Shown here: piece by piece, positions 12,701 to 25,449 of the stretch
Layout: the number at the start of each line of letters is the position of its first letter
Numbering within the stretch: position 1 is the first letter of the stretch
Assembly: GCA_043228905.1 (NCBI GenBank)
Contig: JBHGNT010000011.1
Coordinates: forward strand, 13,330,001-13,394,000
Source of the DNA: Azolla caroliniana
Taxonomy: Eukaryota > Plantae > Polypodiophyta
Length of the DNA stretch: 64,000 nucleotides
Direction: 5' to 3'
Program-made: the position numbers and the translations under genes
The notes under the pieces: generated by a model
Told to the model about the DNA's origin: nothing
Databases searched by the model: none
What the model saw: only the letters and a program-made list of their open reading frames with translations

Positions 12701-13811
12701 CCGGTCGAGGTTGTCAACCACACGTCTCCTATGCCGGCAATCCGGCACGTACCTTCATTTCCCATCCGAACACAGCCATGCTCACCGGCTGTGTAGGATG
12801 AGAAGTATCTTCTTTCTGGGGTCAGGTGGAACGACGCTCCGGAATCGACCACCCAGGTAGTCTCATCGCCGGCAATGTTTAGTTCACCTTCTTCGGTGAT
12901 GAGCATGATCTCCTCTTCACTTGCCGCGAGTGCCGTCGTTCCTTTCGGTCCTGCCCTCGCCGATCCGAACCATTCCGGTCCGTGGCTCCCCGGTAAGCAC
13001 CGTTCCGTTCCGAAGACTTCTTCGAATCGGTGTCGTCGGCTCCGTTGTCTTTTCGGTAATGCCGACAATTCTTTCGGAAGTGCCCCGGCTTCCCACAGTG
13101 GAAGCATGTGGGCCTTCCTCTTGACTGCGACCGGGTCCCCGACTTCTCCCGTCTTTGCGGACTCCGGTTCCGTTGTCTTCCCCGATCCGATTCGGTAAGC
13201 AGCATCTTCGGATCGGAGGCCGGTTCTTTATCTCTCCGACGCGCTTCTTCGTTCAAAATGCTTGTCTTTACCGTCTGTAGGGACAGGTTATCTTCGGTGC
13301 AGGAGGTGCTGAGAGTCACCACCAAGTTCTCCCAGCTTTCCGGCAATGTACACATCAGCATGATGGCTTGCATTGCATCCTCCAACGGGAACTTGATCGC
13401 CGCAAGCTGGTTCACGAATCCCATGAACGTGCTTACGTGTTCCACCATACTCTCGCCGTCCCGATACTTGAGGTTCACTATCTTCCTCATCAGGGAGGTC
13501 CGGTTCAACGCATTCTTCCTCTCGTAGAGGCCCGACAGCTTCTGCCACATCTCATATGCGTTGGTGTCGTTCGCCACATGTTGTAGAACGCTCACGTCGA
13601 CGTATTGCCGAATGGTTGCAATGGCTTTCCAGTTCAGAAGCCTCCATTCCGTCTCAAGTACCCCCTTGGGTATTTCCGACCTGTCGATCGGTTCATACAG
13701 GTCCCGAACAATGAGCAGATCCTCCATCTTTATCTTCCAGTCGGCGTAGTTCTGCGCATTCAGCACCATCATCCCCGGCTGCCCGCTGCTGCCGCCTTCC
13801 ATTTTCTGCAC
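9730..13811 (-). pseudogene. C1 gag-pol polyprotein with one 1-bp frameshift (~12943) and one in-frame TAG (10552-10554)
   Basis: Knuckle CFHCGKPGHFRKNC, protease VDSGAS, integrase TPELNGLAERMN, RT YVDDML, RNase H DSDMSAD..TKHIQRRYH; ORFs 12879-13811, 10552-13107, 9730-10533. Confidence 0.95.
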
Positions 13812-13818
13812 TGCAGTT

Positions 13819-13830
13819 GCTCTGATACCA
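13819..13830 (-). promoter_or_regulatory. C1 primer-binding site (tRNA-iMet)
   Basis: TGGTATCAGAGC 3 nt from the 5' LTR. Confidence 0.95.
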
Positions 13831-13833
13831 GAT

Positions 13834-14523
13834 TGTTAGGAAATTGACGCTTTCAAAACCTTCACCTCTCGGCCACAACCGAGGAAACACGGATCAATGC
13901 AGCAGTAAATCGAGAAACACAGAGAGAGACTCGAATGCACAGGGTTTAGCGTGGAAAACCGTAGACGGGAAAAACCACGGGAGTGCAAGACTCCAACTAT
14001 CACTATACGCAGGGAATGTACAATGGCGAGCTGCAAGGCGACGACCTTGAGCTCGCTGTCCTCGCCACAGGCGGCGGTATTACACAGAGGCGTCGACCTC
14101 TTCCTTTCTCTCTCTCTCACTCTCTCTCTCGGCTGCTCTCACTTCGCTCCCTCTAAGTGGAAAACAGAAAAATGAGCAACAACACAAAACTGTTTGCCCT
14201 AAGTCATATTTATACACATATGACTTTCGGGCTATTTACAAATATAGCCTCGAGGGCCCTTGGCAAACATATTCACAAATATGTCCCCCGCATCCGGATC
14301 TCTCTCCGGGTACATTCGTCATCCGGCTCCGTAGCCGGGGTCTTCATCATCCGGATCCGAAACCGAGTCTTCATCATCCGGTTCCGTAACCGGGTCTTCA
14401 TCATCCGGTTCCGATACCGGGTCTTCATCATCCGGTTCCGATACCGGGTACTCCTCATTCGGGTCTTCATTCCCGATTCCCGGACATCTGACCATCCTAT
14501 CCGGAGGGACCGTAATCCCAACA
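13834..14523 (-). repeat. C1 5' LTR
   Basis: TGTTAGG...CCCAACA, 690 bp. Confidence 0.95.
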
Positions 14524-14528
14524 AAAAA

Positions 14529-15082
14529 TTGTACGGGAGATCCATTGATATACCCGTTTGCACGTAGTAAATCATTGGGACCCAATACATAGTGAGGGAA
14601 AGAACATTGACAATTACTTAAATGATGTGTATAGACTTGAAGGACATTAGGAATCTGACCTTTATGGTTTGCAACTTTAGCTTTGCTATCGTGCTCTTTT
14701 CGTTGGAGCTTTCGACATTGTTCTTTTGTATGACCCTTCTTTTTGCAGAATACACAAAAAGGATGTTGTTGCTTACAATTGCGATCCATGAATTCGTTCG
14801 GTGTTTTGCGTTTCCCAACGAATTGCGACTGCTTAGTCCTAGGCGCTTTGTTGGATTTGTTGAGGTCCTTCTTCGAAGTGCGTTGATAGTCTCACTTTGT
14901 AAACTAATGAGATGTGCCTCGAGAGCACTTTGAGATTGCCAAAGTTCGGTCATCTGTTGAGCGGGGAAACTAAGGTATTGGGTTATTTGCGAAAAATACA
15001 TCTCAATGGACATTTGTCCAGGAGGATTTCCTTGAGTTCCTTCCGCTTGAGCGGATGACATCGGGTCGTTATTTTGAGCCAT
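14529..15082 (-). pseudogene. G1 short gag (zinc knuckle) and protease N-terminus
   Basis: CVFCKKKGHTKEQC knuckle and ANGYINGSPVQF protease start; frameshifted relative to the ORF starting at 15082. Confidence 0.75.
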
Positions 15083-16710
15083 TTAATGATTATTTCTGGC
15101 AAAGAAATAGGATAAGGTCAGACAAATAGTCATAACATCATGTCATGATGTAAACATATCATGGGCAAACATTAATCGATATCATGATCTACGTCAATAA
15201 CCCTCTAGACGTATGAGATTAGGTTCAAGATCAGGTTACTATGGTAACACAAAGGTGTTTTAAAAACCATGGAGGTGACAAATAAATGTCTTTCCTTGAT
15301 CTCTATATCGATTTTTTCATGGCGGCTCCCCGAGGCTCAACCATGTTTGTTCGCGTCATGAGTAGTTTATACACGAAAAAAATGTTAACAATAAACTATG
15401 TTTCTATGCCCACATATGTGGTTTTGGTTCTTTAAGTACTATTATGAGGACCCTGAAGTGCACTTAGACCTTAAGTCTAAACATGTGTTATAATCATATG
15501 TATCAACGATGTTGTATGGTCTTGGTCATATTTGAACTTGAAAACTTGAGAACAAATGCATTAAATAGTTGAGCCAACCAAGTAGGTTGCTCTTCTTGAA
15601 TGTTTAATGTTTCATGCGTATAAGAGATATGCGAGGTATTTGCCCATATATGTTTTTTAAAAAGAAACATATATGTCAAGAGTCCTTATTTCCCCCTCGT
15701 TTACTACAAAATATGTTGGTACGTTACCTAACCTCAAGTCTCGTAATTACGATGGCATACGCCAAAGTGCAACCTAATGCTCAAGCCAAATGAGCCCTCT
15801 TTTCGTAGTAGGCCCACGTGGCCCATCACATGGTTACGTCATTACGAATGCCTCTCGTAAGAATGATCTCATGGTGGCATCGTATCCATGTAATGAGGAA
15901 GGGATGTTGGATATGGGTGTCATAGGAGTGACCTCACATGAAGTGGGTCAAGCCCTACGTTCTCAACATCATTGTGGCTATAGGCATTTCTTTACGTTAT
16001 ACAATCAAAGTCACCAACGGGAATGTCAACAATAAAAAATTGTTGAAAAAAGGGATGGTGACAACGCCATTCTCACAAAAATGTGAGGATGGCCACCAAG
16101 ATCCTTTCCCCGAAAAGGAAAACATTTGATATAAAGATCACGTAATATCAAATATACACAGATGTTTATTTATCACATATATACGATCAAATACGTATAG
16201 ACGTGACCACATATGCATATATTAAAAAAAATCGTAACATCAAATAGCCAACATATGATGAAATTGAGACACGTAATCGAGGCATGTAGCCTTGACACAC
16301 ACGAAACATCCAAAAATAAGGGTTAATCGTAATACGCAATTGAGGTATTGACCTCATACGCATGCGTAACATATGTATGTGAGCGTAATACGCAATTGAG
16401 GTATTAACCTCGTGTGCATACAACACTAATCACATATTCAATATATGTCAAATGAGGTATTGACCTCATACACATATGTAAATGTTTTATACAACCAATT
16501 AATTACCACTTCAACATCATTGAATATATATAAGGAAAGATTACATATTAACCATACACATGATTAAATTGGGAGAAGAAAGAATAGAAAAAACAAGAAA
16601 GATTACCGAAGTTCCTTTGTTGATTGCTGTTTGGAACAAGGTCGACCGCACGTTGATCGATCGCCATCCATCAAGAAGATAAAACCAACAAAAGAAACAT
16701 TAGAACATGA

Positions 16711-16722
16711 GCTCGGATACCA
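16711..16722 (-). promoter_or_regulatory. G1 primer-binding site (tRNA-iMet-like)
   Basis: TGGTATCCGAGC 2 nt from the LTR. Confidence 0.85.
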
Positions 16723-16724
16723 AC

Positions 16725-17181
16725 TATTAGAGACATGAACTAATGTAAGCATTAGATAAAGATAGAATATAGATAGATAAATAGAAAGGAGAGAATGAAA
16801 GAAGGGTGCCGATCCACCCGACCACCCCTGAGCGAAGGGATCGAGACGGACTCGAGCCTCGATCGGCGTCCCATACCACTGCCGTGGCGTCGAGTCGTAC
16901 CTGGTGCTGGCATGCTCACTACAAGAGTTGACCCACCACAAGACAGAGTCTCGATGTAGTCAACAAGATGATCCAATGAGGGTAGCTAGGCCCCTTATTT
17001 ATAGCGATACCCAAGGCCCCCGGGCAAGTTCACACTTGGCCTAATGGGTTGTCTAAATCCCGAGGATTAAAAGTAATCATCCCCTCCTTTACACTCTTGT
17101 TTAACCCTCACACTTATCCACATGTATAGAATACTACGGTAAATTCTCACCACGGGATATTATATGGTCATGCCCGTAATA
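16725..17181 (-). repeat. G1 5' LTR
   Basis: Direct repeat of 5568-6024. Confidence 0.95.
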
Positions 17182-17255
17182 GTAGGTGACTTAAGAATAT
17201 ATTCGATAAATTAAGAACGAAAGTATGGTGAATGAGACTTATAAATAATCCTTAC

Positions 17256-19520
17256 CAAGCAAGGTTCTCAATGCCATAACAACGAGATCTCAACACTTGA
17301 GCTACCGAGTACCCTTGGTCCATGCTATGAGACACAAGTACCTTCCACAAGGATGCAGTTGTCAGTTCAACGAAATCTTTAACCATTTTTTCTAATTGTT
17401 TGAACCTGAAATGTTCATTATCGTATGATGATCCAACCATTCGAAATCCATAAGGTATATTTGCCATCAAAAGTGTATAGTCTTTCTTTGGCACTTTCTC
17501 GATCATCTCTATGACATCGCCACAAATCACATTATAGTAGAGATCTTTTGTAATTAATGTCTTTCTTGTGAATAATTTTTTTGAAGGAGTCATCATCTTC
17601 AATTTCATACACCTTGACTAAGAGACGATCTTTTGCTTTTCTAGCTCGCTCGAGATGTGCAAGGAAGGATGTTGGAAAGTCGTGTATATTCTTGACTTCT
17701 CCTGGTTTCTTACCACGACAAGGTTTCTAATAGAGAAAATAAGGCATCGACTATTAATACACAACATTTGCATATTAAGAAATCATTATTATAAAGATGA
17801 ATATGAACCCAATCCTTGAATGCAATGAAATACTCAGATAACGGCTTATATGAAGACGTCAAAGGATAATCCTTAGCACTTGTTCCCAAGTTATACATCC
17901 AAGTTGTTTCATCCTAACTTCTTGGATCTTCATATATACCTTATGACTGTGAAATCACCAATAAAGATTAGAACTTTATATAAAACCATAACTATTTCAT
18001 TTAACTATTTGACAAGACTTACTTGTGGCACTCAGTGACCATCTCTTCTAGGGTCAATTCTTTGGCCACAACCCGTGACAACACTAACACCAATAGCTGC
18101 TCATCCTTAATACCTTGCATTGCTCTCCACAGAGACAACTTCATGTCGTCGACCGCTTCTTCAATTGTTAGGTCAATTTTCTTCGCCGCTTGTGATTTCA
18201 ATTCGAGCTGGGGGTCCACCATACCTTTTTTTTGCCGTTGAGCCTTGACCTCCTTCTCCCACATTGAAGAAATTTGATCTTGAAGGTCCTAGACTTCCCC
18301 ATCTCTAAAGGCTAGTTGAAACCATGATTCGTACTTATGAAGACCATCTGACTTAACATTATCATCAACAACAATGCCGACCTCACGAAGACATTGACGT
18401 TGTAGTCTGGGGTGAAGCTTTACACCAAACTTTTGTTTGACGTCCAAGTACTCATGGTGGAAGAACCTTATCCGCTCGATGGACGACACTTTTTGCCGGT
18501 CGCCGTTGTCATTGTTGTGGTCGCATGCCAAGAGTTTTGCCTCTTCAATTGTGAGGCCCACATATATTTTACACTTGGCATACTTGAAGAAAAAAGTGGG
18601 TGGGTGCTCTCTTACAAGTTGCCGACGTGCTTCAGCCGAATGTGATCCACCACCAATTACAAAGTAATTGTATTGATCGTGCTTTCTCACATCAAAATAC
18701 TCAATTACAAAACATTCGTCAAGATCCACCATTACTATAAATGGTACAACTGTGGCATGGGGATTTATTCACCACAGCTATGATGATGTCACCTACGTTT
18801 GCATATTTGCGGTTACCGGTACCTAGAACTCGAATATACATTAATTTCCGCATTTTTTTCTTGAGATTTTGAACATGCATTCAATGTGGCTCTCTAATCT
18901 CAAGTGGTCTTCATCCTGTATTAACATCTACTGGTGGCCTATGAATGTGTGTTATAGGCAAATTGAAGACTTGACCTTTTCTCACTAGTTTCTTTTGCAT
19001 TAACTCTCTTTGAATTTTGTTCTTCTCAGAAGACAAAACACCAGATGCTAGCTCAACACCTGGTGTGGCCCAAGTTTCCTTATCATCTGTTGAACTTGAT
19101 GAATCAGATTCTAACATCTTTGCCATCTTTTTCTTTGCTGGTCTCGACTGCCTCTTTGAGCCCTTTTGTGGGGCCTTCATCGAAGTAGGTGACACATCCC
19201 TCAGAGTTATATGGCCTTGTATATATGGTCTTAATGTTGTTATAAGATTTTGTGAAGTCTCGATGGCGACTTTAAAAGATTCGGGACCACATGAATCCTT
19301 AACAAGCCCATCTTCTGATAGAAACATTTTTCGGACTCCCTTTGAACATTCCACCATTACGATAAGATTGAGGGAATCGGCGTCTTCGTAGTCAAGGCGT
19401 AATAATCAACCATAAATAAAGGGTTTCTCTTTACTAAGTTGACCTTCCCCCTTCTTTTTTGCGGTAAATAGGACAACTTTCTTTTTTGTAGTCGATATAT
19501 TGCATACACCACTCGTTGTC
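17256..19520 (-). pseudogene. 5' exons of ParB/Srx-like + beta-class DNA methyltransferase pseudogene (5' boundary approximate)
   Basis: ParB-like VFNLPITHIH..REPH..HVQNLKKKM..INPHATVVPFIVMVD..YFVIGGGSHSAEARRQL..KIYVGLTIEEAKLLACDHN. Methyltransferase N-half VICGDVIEMIEKVPKKDYTLLMANIPYG (NIPY at 17461-17450). GT..AG introns at 18022-17947 and 17808-17727; donor at 17255. Confidence 0.8.
18769..18850 (-). other. rpl14: ~80-bp plastid rpl14-like fragment (micro-NUPT) inserted in the ParB-like exon
   Basis: Reads RKLMYIRVLGTGNRKYANVGDIIIAVV, the N-terminal uL14 signature; the flanks rejoin as NLKKKM/INPHATVVP. Confidence 0.8.
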
Positions 19521-19643
19521 TGTCAAATCACGGTCTGTCTAACCAATTGCTGCAACCATTTCCTTTTGACTAACTTCGTCAGACGGTTGTTCCCTAATGT
19601 CGTCGCGAAAAAGTAGTTTCTTTCCTTTTTTCACATTATGTGC

Positions 19644-20900
19644 AACTGGTTGTTTTGGGTTCTCCACTGATGAGTTTTGATATTTTAGCTTAATTTTGTT
19701 CATCGGACGATCTGAAAGATTCTCAAAAGACCTATTTAAAAGTAGAATGGGAAAATATATCTAAGTTGGGTCATGAGGATTAGATTTGTATCAATTTTAA
19801 CCTAACTGGTTGTTTTGGGTTCTCCACTGATGAGTTTTGATATTTTAGCTTAATTTTCTTCATCGGACGATCCGAAAGATTCTCAAAAGACCTATTTAAA
19901 AGTAGAATGGGAAAATATATCTAAGTTGGGTCATGAGGATTAGATTTGTATCAATTTAAACCTAACTAGACGATTACTATGAGAATCACAATAGGAATTA
20001 GGTAGCAATAGGTAAACAACCGAAAGCAAGCAGAAGCAACCAAAATAAACACAACCGAAAATGTGGAAGGAGAAGGAGCGTGCCAAGGAACATGTATATA
20101 AGGAGCTGCAGATCGAAGGAAGAAACTGGGAGACATATAGGAGAGAAGTATGAGGTTACTATGTAATTAATCCTACTATAGCGTATCTGATACATTCTAG
20201 CAGATAGCCATGTAACTGTAATCACTACTCATTTCATAGTCTAAACAGTGTTGGGTCTATTTTTGTGTCATTGTTCGCTTTAAAAAATTGTTAAGTAACC
20301 TATCTCTCCCTATCGTGTATGCATAGCCAAAGGTATCCTTTAGGGTTCTCCACTGATGAGTTTTGATATTTTAGCTTAATTTTCTTCACCGGACGATCCG
20401 AAAGATTCTCAAAAGACCTATTTAAAAGTAGAATGGGAATGGGAAAATATATCTAAGTTGGGTCATGAGGATTAGATTTGTATCAATTTAAACCTAACTA
20501 GACGATTACTAATTGTTGTCCGTGGGCCAAAATAGTAACATATGAGAATCACAATAGGAATTAGGTAACAGTAGGTAAACAACCGAAAGCAAGCAGAAGC
20601 AACCAAAATAAACACAATAAAAAATGTGGAAGGAGAAGGAGCGCGCCAAGGAACATGTATATAAGGAGCTGTAGATCGAACGAAGAAAGGGGGAGACATA
20701 TAGGAGAGAAGTATGAGGTTACTAAGTAATTAATCCTACTATAGCGTATTTGATACATTCTAGCAGATAGCCATGTAACTGTAATCACTACTCATTTCAT
20801 AGTCTAAACAATGTTGGGTCTATTTTTGTGTCATTGTTCGCTTTCAATAATTGTTAAGTAACCTATCTCTCCCTATCGTGTATGCATAGCTGGAGGTATC
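19644..20900. repeat. Complex A-A-B-A-B tandem duplication
   Basis: 160-bp unit A at 19644, 19804 and (partial) 20343; ~380-400-bp unit B at 19964 and ~20495. Confidence 0.9.
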
Positions 20901-23900
20901 CTCTTACGTAATCTGTAGCGTGTCATCCCGTTTCGTAAAAGCGATCTGACCACCGCGTACCACAGTCCTTTGGTCCGATTCCGGTTAGGAATCGAAGGTG
21001 TCACCTCCGGAGAGGAAGGCAACACAATTTCGCACGCCCGGTTCACGTTGTGTAGCACAACGAACTCATGTGGTGGTAATCCCAGTCGCCAGTACGACGC
21101 CTGATAGAAGTACTCGCTCTCGGCCGCCGTCTCGCCGCACAAAGTCTCCAAAGGACACAGCCGATTCCGTGCTCACACAACATTTGTCCCCGAAATCGCG
21201 AGCCTCACCATCAATCAATCCGGAAACCCAATCTTCGCCACCAGTAATCCCAGAGTCCAGACTCACAGTCACATATCGGTCCTGATATTCCTACCCCTCC
21301 AAGTCCTCCGGAAGTTTCACCTGCACCGGAGCGCAACCTTTTCCCGGCCCTTCTAGACAACCCAGATCTTGATACAATGCTGTATCACCCCTATGTACAC
21401 TACACGGATGGCCCAGATGCCGAATCCCACAACTGCTCCTTTCTCAACACATGGCAAGCCAACCATTCGACACAACGGCTCACTGACGCGGAGATCGACT
21501 CCTCCAAAATCGCCGAATTCACTCTCTCCCTCGACGGCGCCGCTGCACATTGGTATTCCCAGCACGATCCTGGGGAGTTCACCACATTCCAGGACGTCCA
21601 CACACAGTTTCTCAAATTATTCCACCGAGAGATTCCCAAACGGGAATTGCTTTGGCAATTTTACACAATCGCACAAGCACCCAACGAAACCGTATCCCAG
21701 TTTTTTCTCCGATCTCAAGATCTCTACCACCAACTGGCACATGATGTCTCAGCAAACCATCTAAAGGATACGTTCCTGGTTCGCCTCCATGAGCCTTTAC
21801 GCATGATGTTGGCTCTCACGGATTTTCCACAACAAACCATCGAGCAAGTGGTTGCACGCGTTCTTGCGCTCGATAGGGCACATCATAACAATTCATTCGC
21901 AATGGGCATGCTTCAAACTGCCTTACAAATGACTGAGGAAACACAGTTCCAACAAGTGCTACAATGCACGGTATGCGCCAGATCTGGGCACTCCGCCCTT
22001 GGCTGTTCTTCATGACCACACTGCCCCATCTGTCATTCACGGGTCCATACGGTAGAGTAGTGCGAATATAACATGCTGAACCAAAAGAACACGACCACAG
22101 TTCACCAAATTGAGCCTCGTCCCAATCAGGCGCAACCACCCCCACTGAATAGAGAGGCGACATGATCGTGGGATGAAAATCGGCCACATTACAACAGGGG
22201 GGGGGTACCTTTGACATGACGTGTTACAATTAGGAAAACCAATATCATGCTGAGCCCTTTTGTTGCCCCAATCAATCACACCACACGAACGAGCATTGGC
22301 ACTGTCATCAGGATCACCACCACTGCTGTAGGGATTACGACCACGATGCACCATGGAATTATCGTGGCTTCTGAAATAATCGCGGTTTCCGAAATTTCGG
22401 CAACTGCCGACACTTTGAAATTCGCCGCTGCAGTAATCAACGCGACAATAACTAGCGCAACCCCCCAATGGAGGCTCGGGGCAACCCTCCACAGGGATAT
22501 TCCCCACAGGGACGAGAAGATCAACCACAAAATCTACCACAAACCCACTTCGAGCACGACGACCCCAATACCTCGACATCCATCACCTGCTTTAATTGCA
22601 ATAAAACAGGCCACTACGCCAACGAGTGCCCCACCAACAATAGGGGCAAAGCACCGGGAGTAAACATGATCATGGTCGTTGTGCAGTAGGTGACCACACG
22701 CAGTAAGACCACACAACAATCGTAGTACGACATCCAGGACTCCGTTTGGCAACAGGCTATGGACTGGGTAGATGCAGCCAATAACGCCAACATAGACCAT
22801 ATGAATGCCGACATAGCGGAATCCAATGAACGGAAACACGACCAACTACAGACCGCACACTCGAATCGATTTAGCTCTACCGATCACACTGATACCGATC
22901 CCGGGTGCTAAGCACTTGCGGACTCCCAAATCTCAATGCCGCTGCATAAATTGCTCCACATGTTACCTCGCTTCAAGGAGACGTCCATTCCCTCAAAAAT
23001 TGGGATCCGTTGCATCCATCCGTAAACCTCATGGCTCTGACACTAGGACCTCCTCTTATGGATTCAAAAAATCCAGCGGTACAACTCATCTTACGAGGTC
23101 ACAAAGTTCCCAGATGCCTTATCGATGGTGGGTCAGGCGTCAATATCATTAGCGAAGCGACATGCAACAAGATTGACATCACTGAATGGGAGCCGTGTCC
23201 ATTCTGGTTACGAATGGCTGATACACGGTCCATACGCCCGATAAGCCTCATCCAAAACTTGGAATTTACCTTAGGAGGACACGCTTTTACTGTGTCAACC
23301 ATAATCTTACGCTTAGAGACCCCCGATGCTTACCCCCTCCTGCTTGGACGTCCATGGCTGCCTACCGCCAACATCAAGTAGCACAAGCAACGTCTAACAT
23401 GACCTCATTTCGGTGAGGGAAAACCAAAGTCCGCATTCTTACGGAAGCACGGACCCCGACTCCTCCTGACAACAACCCAGTATACGTCGAAGGAGTCCAT
23501 CTGTTAGATGGCCTCGCGAACGACGAGATGAACTCTTTCCTGGATGAGCACCCTAAGATAGTTCCGCTTTTCGAAATTGACGGCCGAAACCCTACATAGC
23601 CAACACCCTCGATCACGAAGTTTCCCACGAACTTGACCTGGCATCATTAAAAGAACTTCAAGAAGCTTGTGACGCATTTGACCGCGAATTAGCAATATCG
23701 CAACGTGTAAAAGCCTCCACCTTAGAGCCACACACCGTAAAAAATGCCAAAGACCTAGCAACTAGCGACAGATCGGCCTTAATAGGATTGCTTACGGAGT
23801 ATCAACACGTGTTCGTGTTGTCGTACAACGGCATGAAAGGCCTAGATCCTTAGTACTACCAACACCAAATACACCTTCAAACGGACGCACGGCCAATTCA

Positions 23901-25449
23901 ACAACGATGATACCATATGAATCCCAACTATGCGGCGAAAGTAAAAGACAAAATAGATAAATTACTACGCATAGGATTCATCAGACTAGTAAAAAAGGCC
24001 ACATGGCTAAGTCCTATTGTGGTTGTCCCGAAAAAGAATGGACAAATACGGGTTTGCGTGGATTACAGGAAACTTAACGCTGCCACGGGCACAGATGCCT
24101 TTCCACTCCCATTCACCGACAACATCCTCGATACGGTGGCCGGTCACGATTATTATAGCTTTCTCAACGGTTTCAGTGGCTATAATCAATTTCGAATGCA
24201 CCCGGATGATCAGGAGAAAACAACCTTCGTAACAAAGTGGGGTGTATTCGTAGCCGTGGTTATGATGTTTGGCTTGAAAATAGCCCCCGCCACATTTTAA
24301 CACATCATCTCCGAAATCTTCGAGGACTTCATTCCAGCCTTTTGTAAGTCTTCCTTGATGATTTCGCGGTTTATGGACAACACGCGGAACACCTTGCACA
24401 ATTATGATTATGCCTCAAGAGATGTCGGCACGCACGACTCAGCCTCAATTTGGCAAAATGTGCTTTCCAAGTGACATGCGGAGCTTTACTAGGTCACGGG
24501 TAAAAGCATGCGAGTGGAAACACTATTATAGCTAATTAGCTACTAAAATTGCCACAGCTAATTAGCTATTTGTTTAGCTAGTTTTTTGTGGGAAAATCAT
24601 AAGGACGGTTTATGAAATTTTATGCTTTATTAGTTAAATACATGTCATTTAATTTATGAGAATTCTCAAATATTTGAACTTTGGTTTCTCACGTAGTGGA
24701 ACATGGGGAATAGTGCCATCATCTAAGGTCGACTTGAATGTCATCAAATTCTTGATAATCTTGAGTTTGAGTTCGAACTACAAATAGATGGAGTACTCTG
24801 AGCATGAACGTAGATGAAGCTCCCGCAACAGCTCAAAAACTCTGAGATTGACATTACACCTTCAGAGCTACAACACATGAGCAAGTCGATCCTCATCTAG
24901 GTATGTATCAGTTACATATTAAAAAAACTTTTGTTTCCCTTTCTGATAACTGTCTGTAACTTTGGTGCTTGTTCATCTTTCCCAAAAATCGAATAGGGCG
25001 AAGTCATTGGAGTCCCAAACAAGGATGTCTCGAAGATCGGGGTGTAGCAGCAGGTGTGTTTCTGATTGACAGAATTTCGTAGTATGGTTGATTTTTGCCT
25101 TTAGTGATGATTAGGGTTTGTGTTTCCCTTAAGTGGTTTAGGGTTTCTGATTACAAATTTCTGATTACAAGTTTTTGGTTACAAATTTCTAATTACAATT
25201 TTCTAATTACAAATTTCTGATTACTATCGCAATGATTTAATTTTGCACCAATTCTCATGACAAATTTTGGTTAGAGTTTCTGATTTTTTAAGTGGTTGAT
25301 TTTTGATACATGTTGAAAAGGACAGATTACAAATTTTAGATTATTGTCTCAAAGTTTTGTAATTTTGCACCAAATTCACATTAAATTTTTTGTTTTTGCA
25401 CCAATTCTAATTACTGATTTTCTATTTCGGGTGGCTCGTTCCTCCATAT

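Larger units (their letters stand above)
9027..14523 (-). mobile_element. Near-intact Ty1/Copia LTR retrotransposon (C1) nested in the G1 protease region
   Basis: TG..CA LTRs at 9027-9719 and 13834-14523; TSD AAAAA (9022-9026 / 14524-14528); PBS TGGTATCAGAGC; PPT aagggggag. Confidence 0.97.
5568..17181 (-). mobile_element. Full-length degenerate chromodomain Ty3/Gypsy LTR retrotransposon (G1), inserted in an intron of the methyltransferase gene
   Basis: 457-bp LTRs at 5568-6024 and 16725-17181; TSD GTAGG (5563-5567 / 17182-17186); iMet-type PBS; PPT; PR-RT-RH-IN-chromodomain order. Confidence 0.95.

Noticed and set aside
12935-12950. Programmed frameshift in C1 gag-pol
   Set aside because: Better explained by loss of one A in a short run (restoring DRKGTT); Copia elements of this type normally have a single ORF, so it is a mutation or assembly error.
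4813-19520. Bacterial contamination as the source of the methyltransferase
   Set aside because: It has spliceosomal introns, a plant retrotransposon inserted with a TSD, and a plastid filler fragment.
24521-24525. CACTA transposon terminus
   Set aside because: It lies ~20 bp inside the junction and there is no matching TAGTG or 3-bp TSD at the right end.
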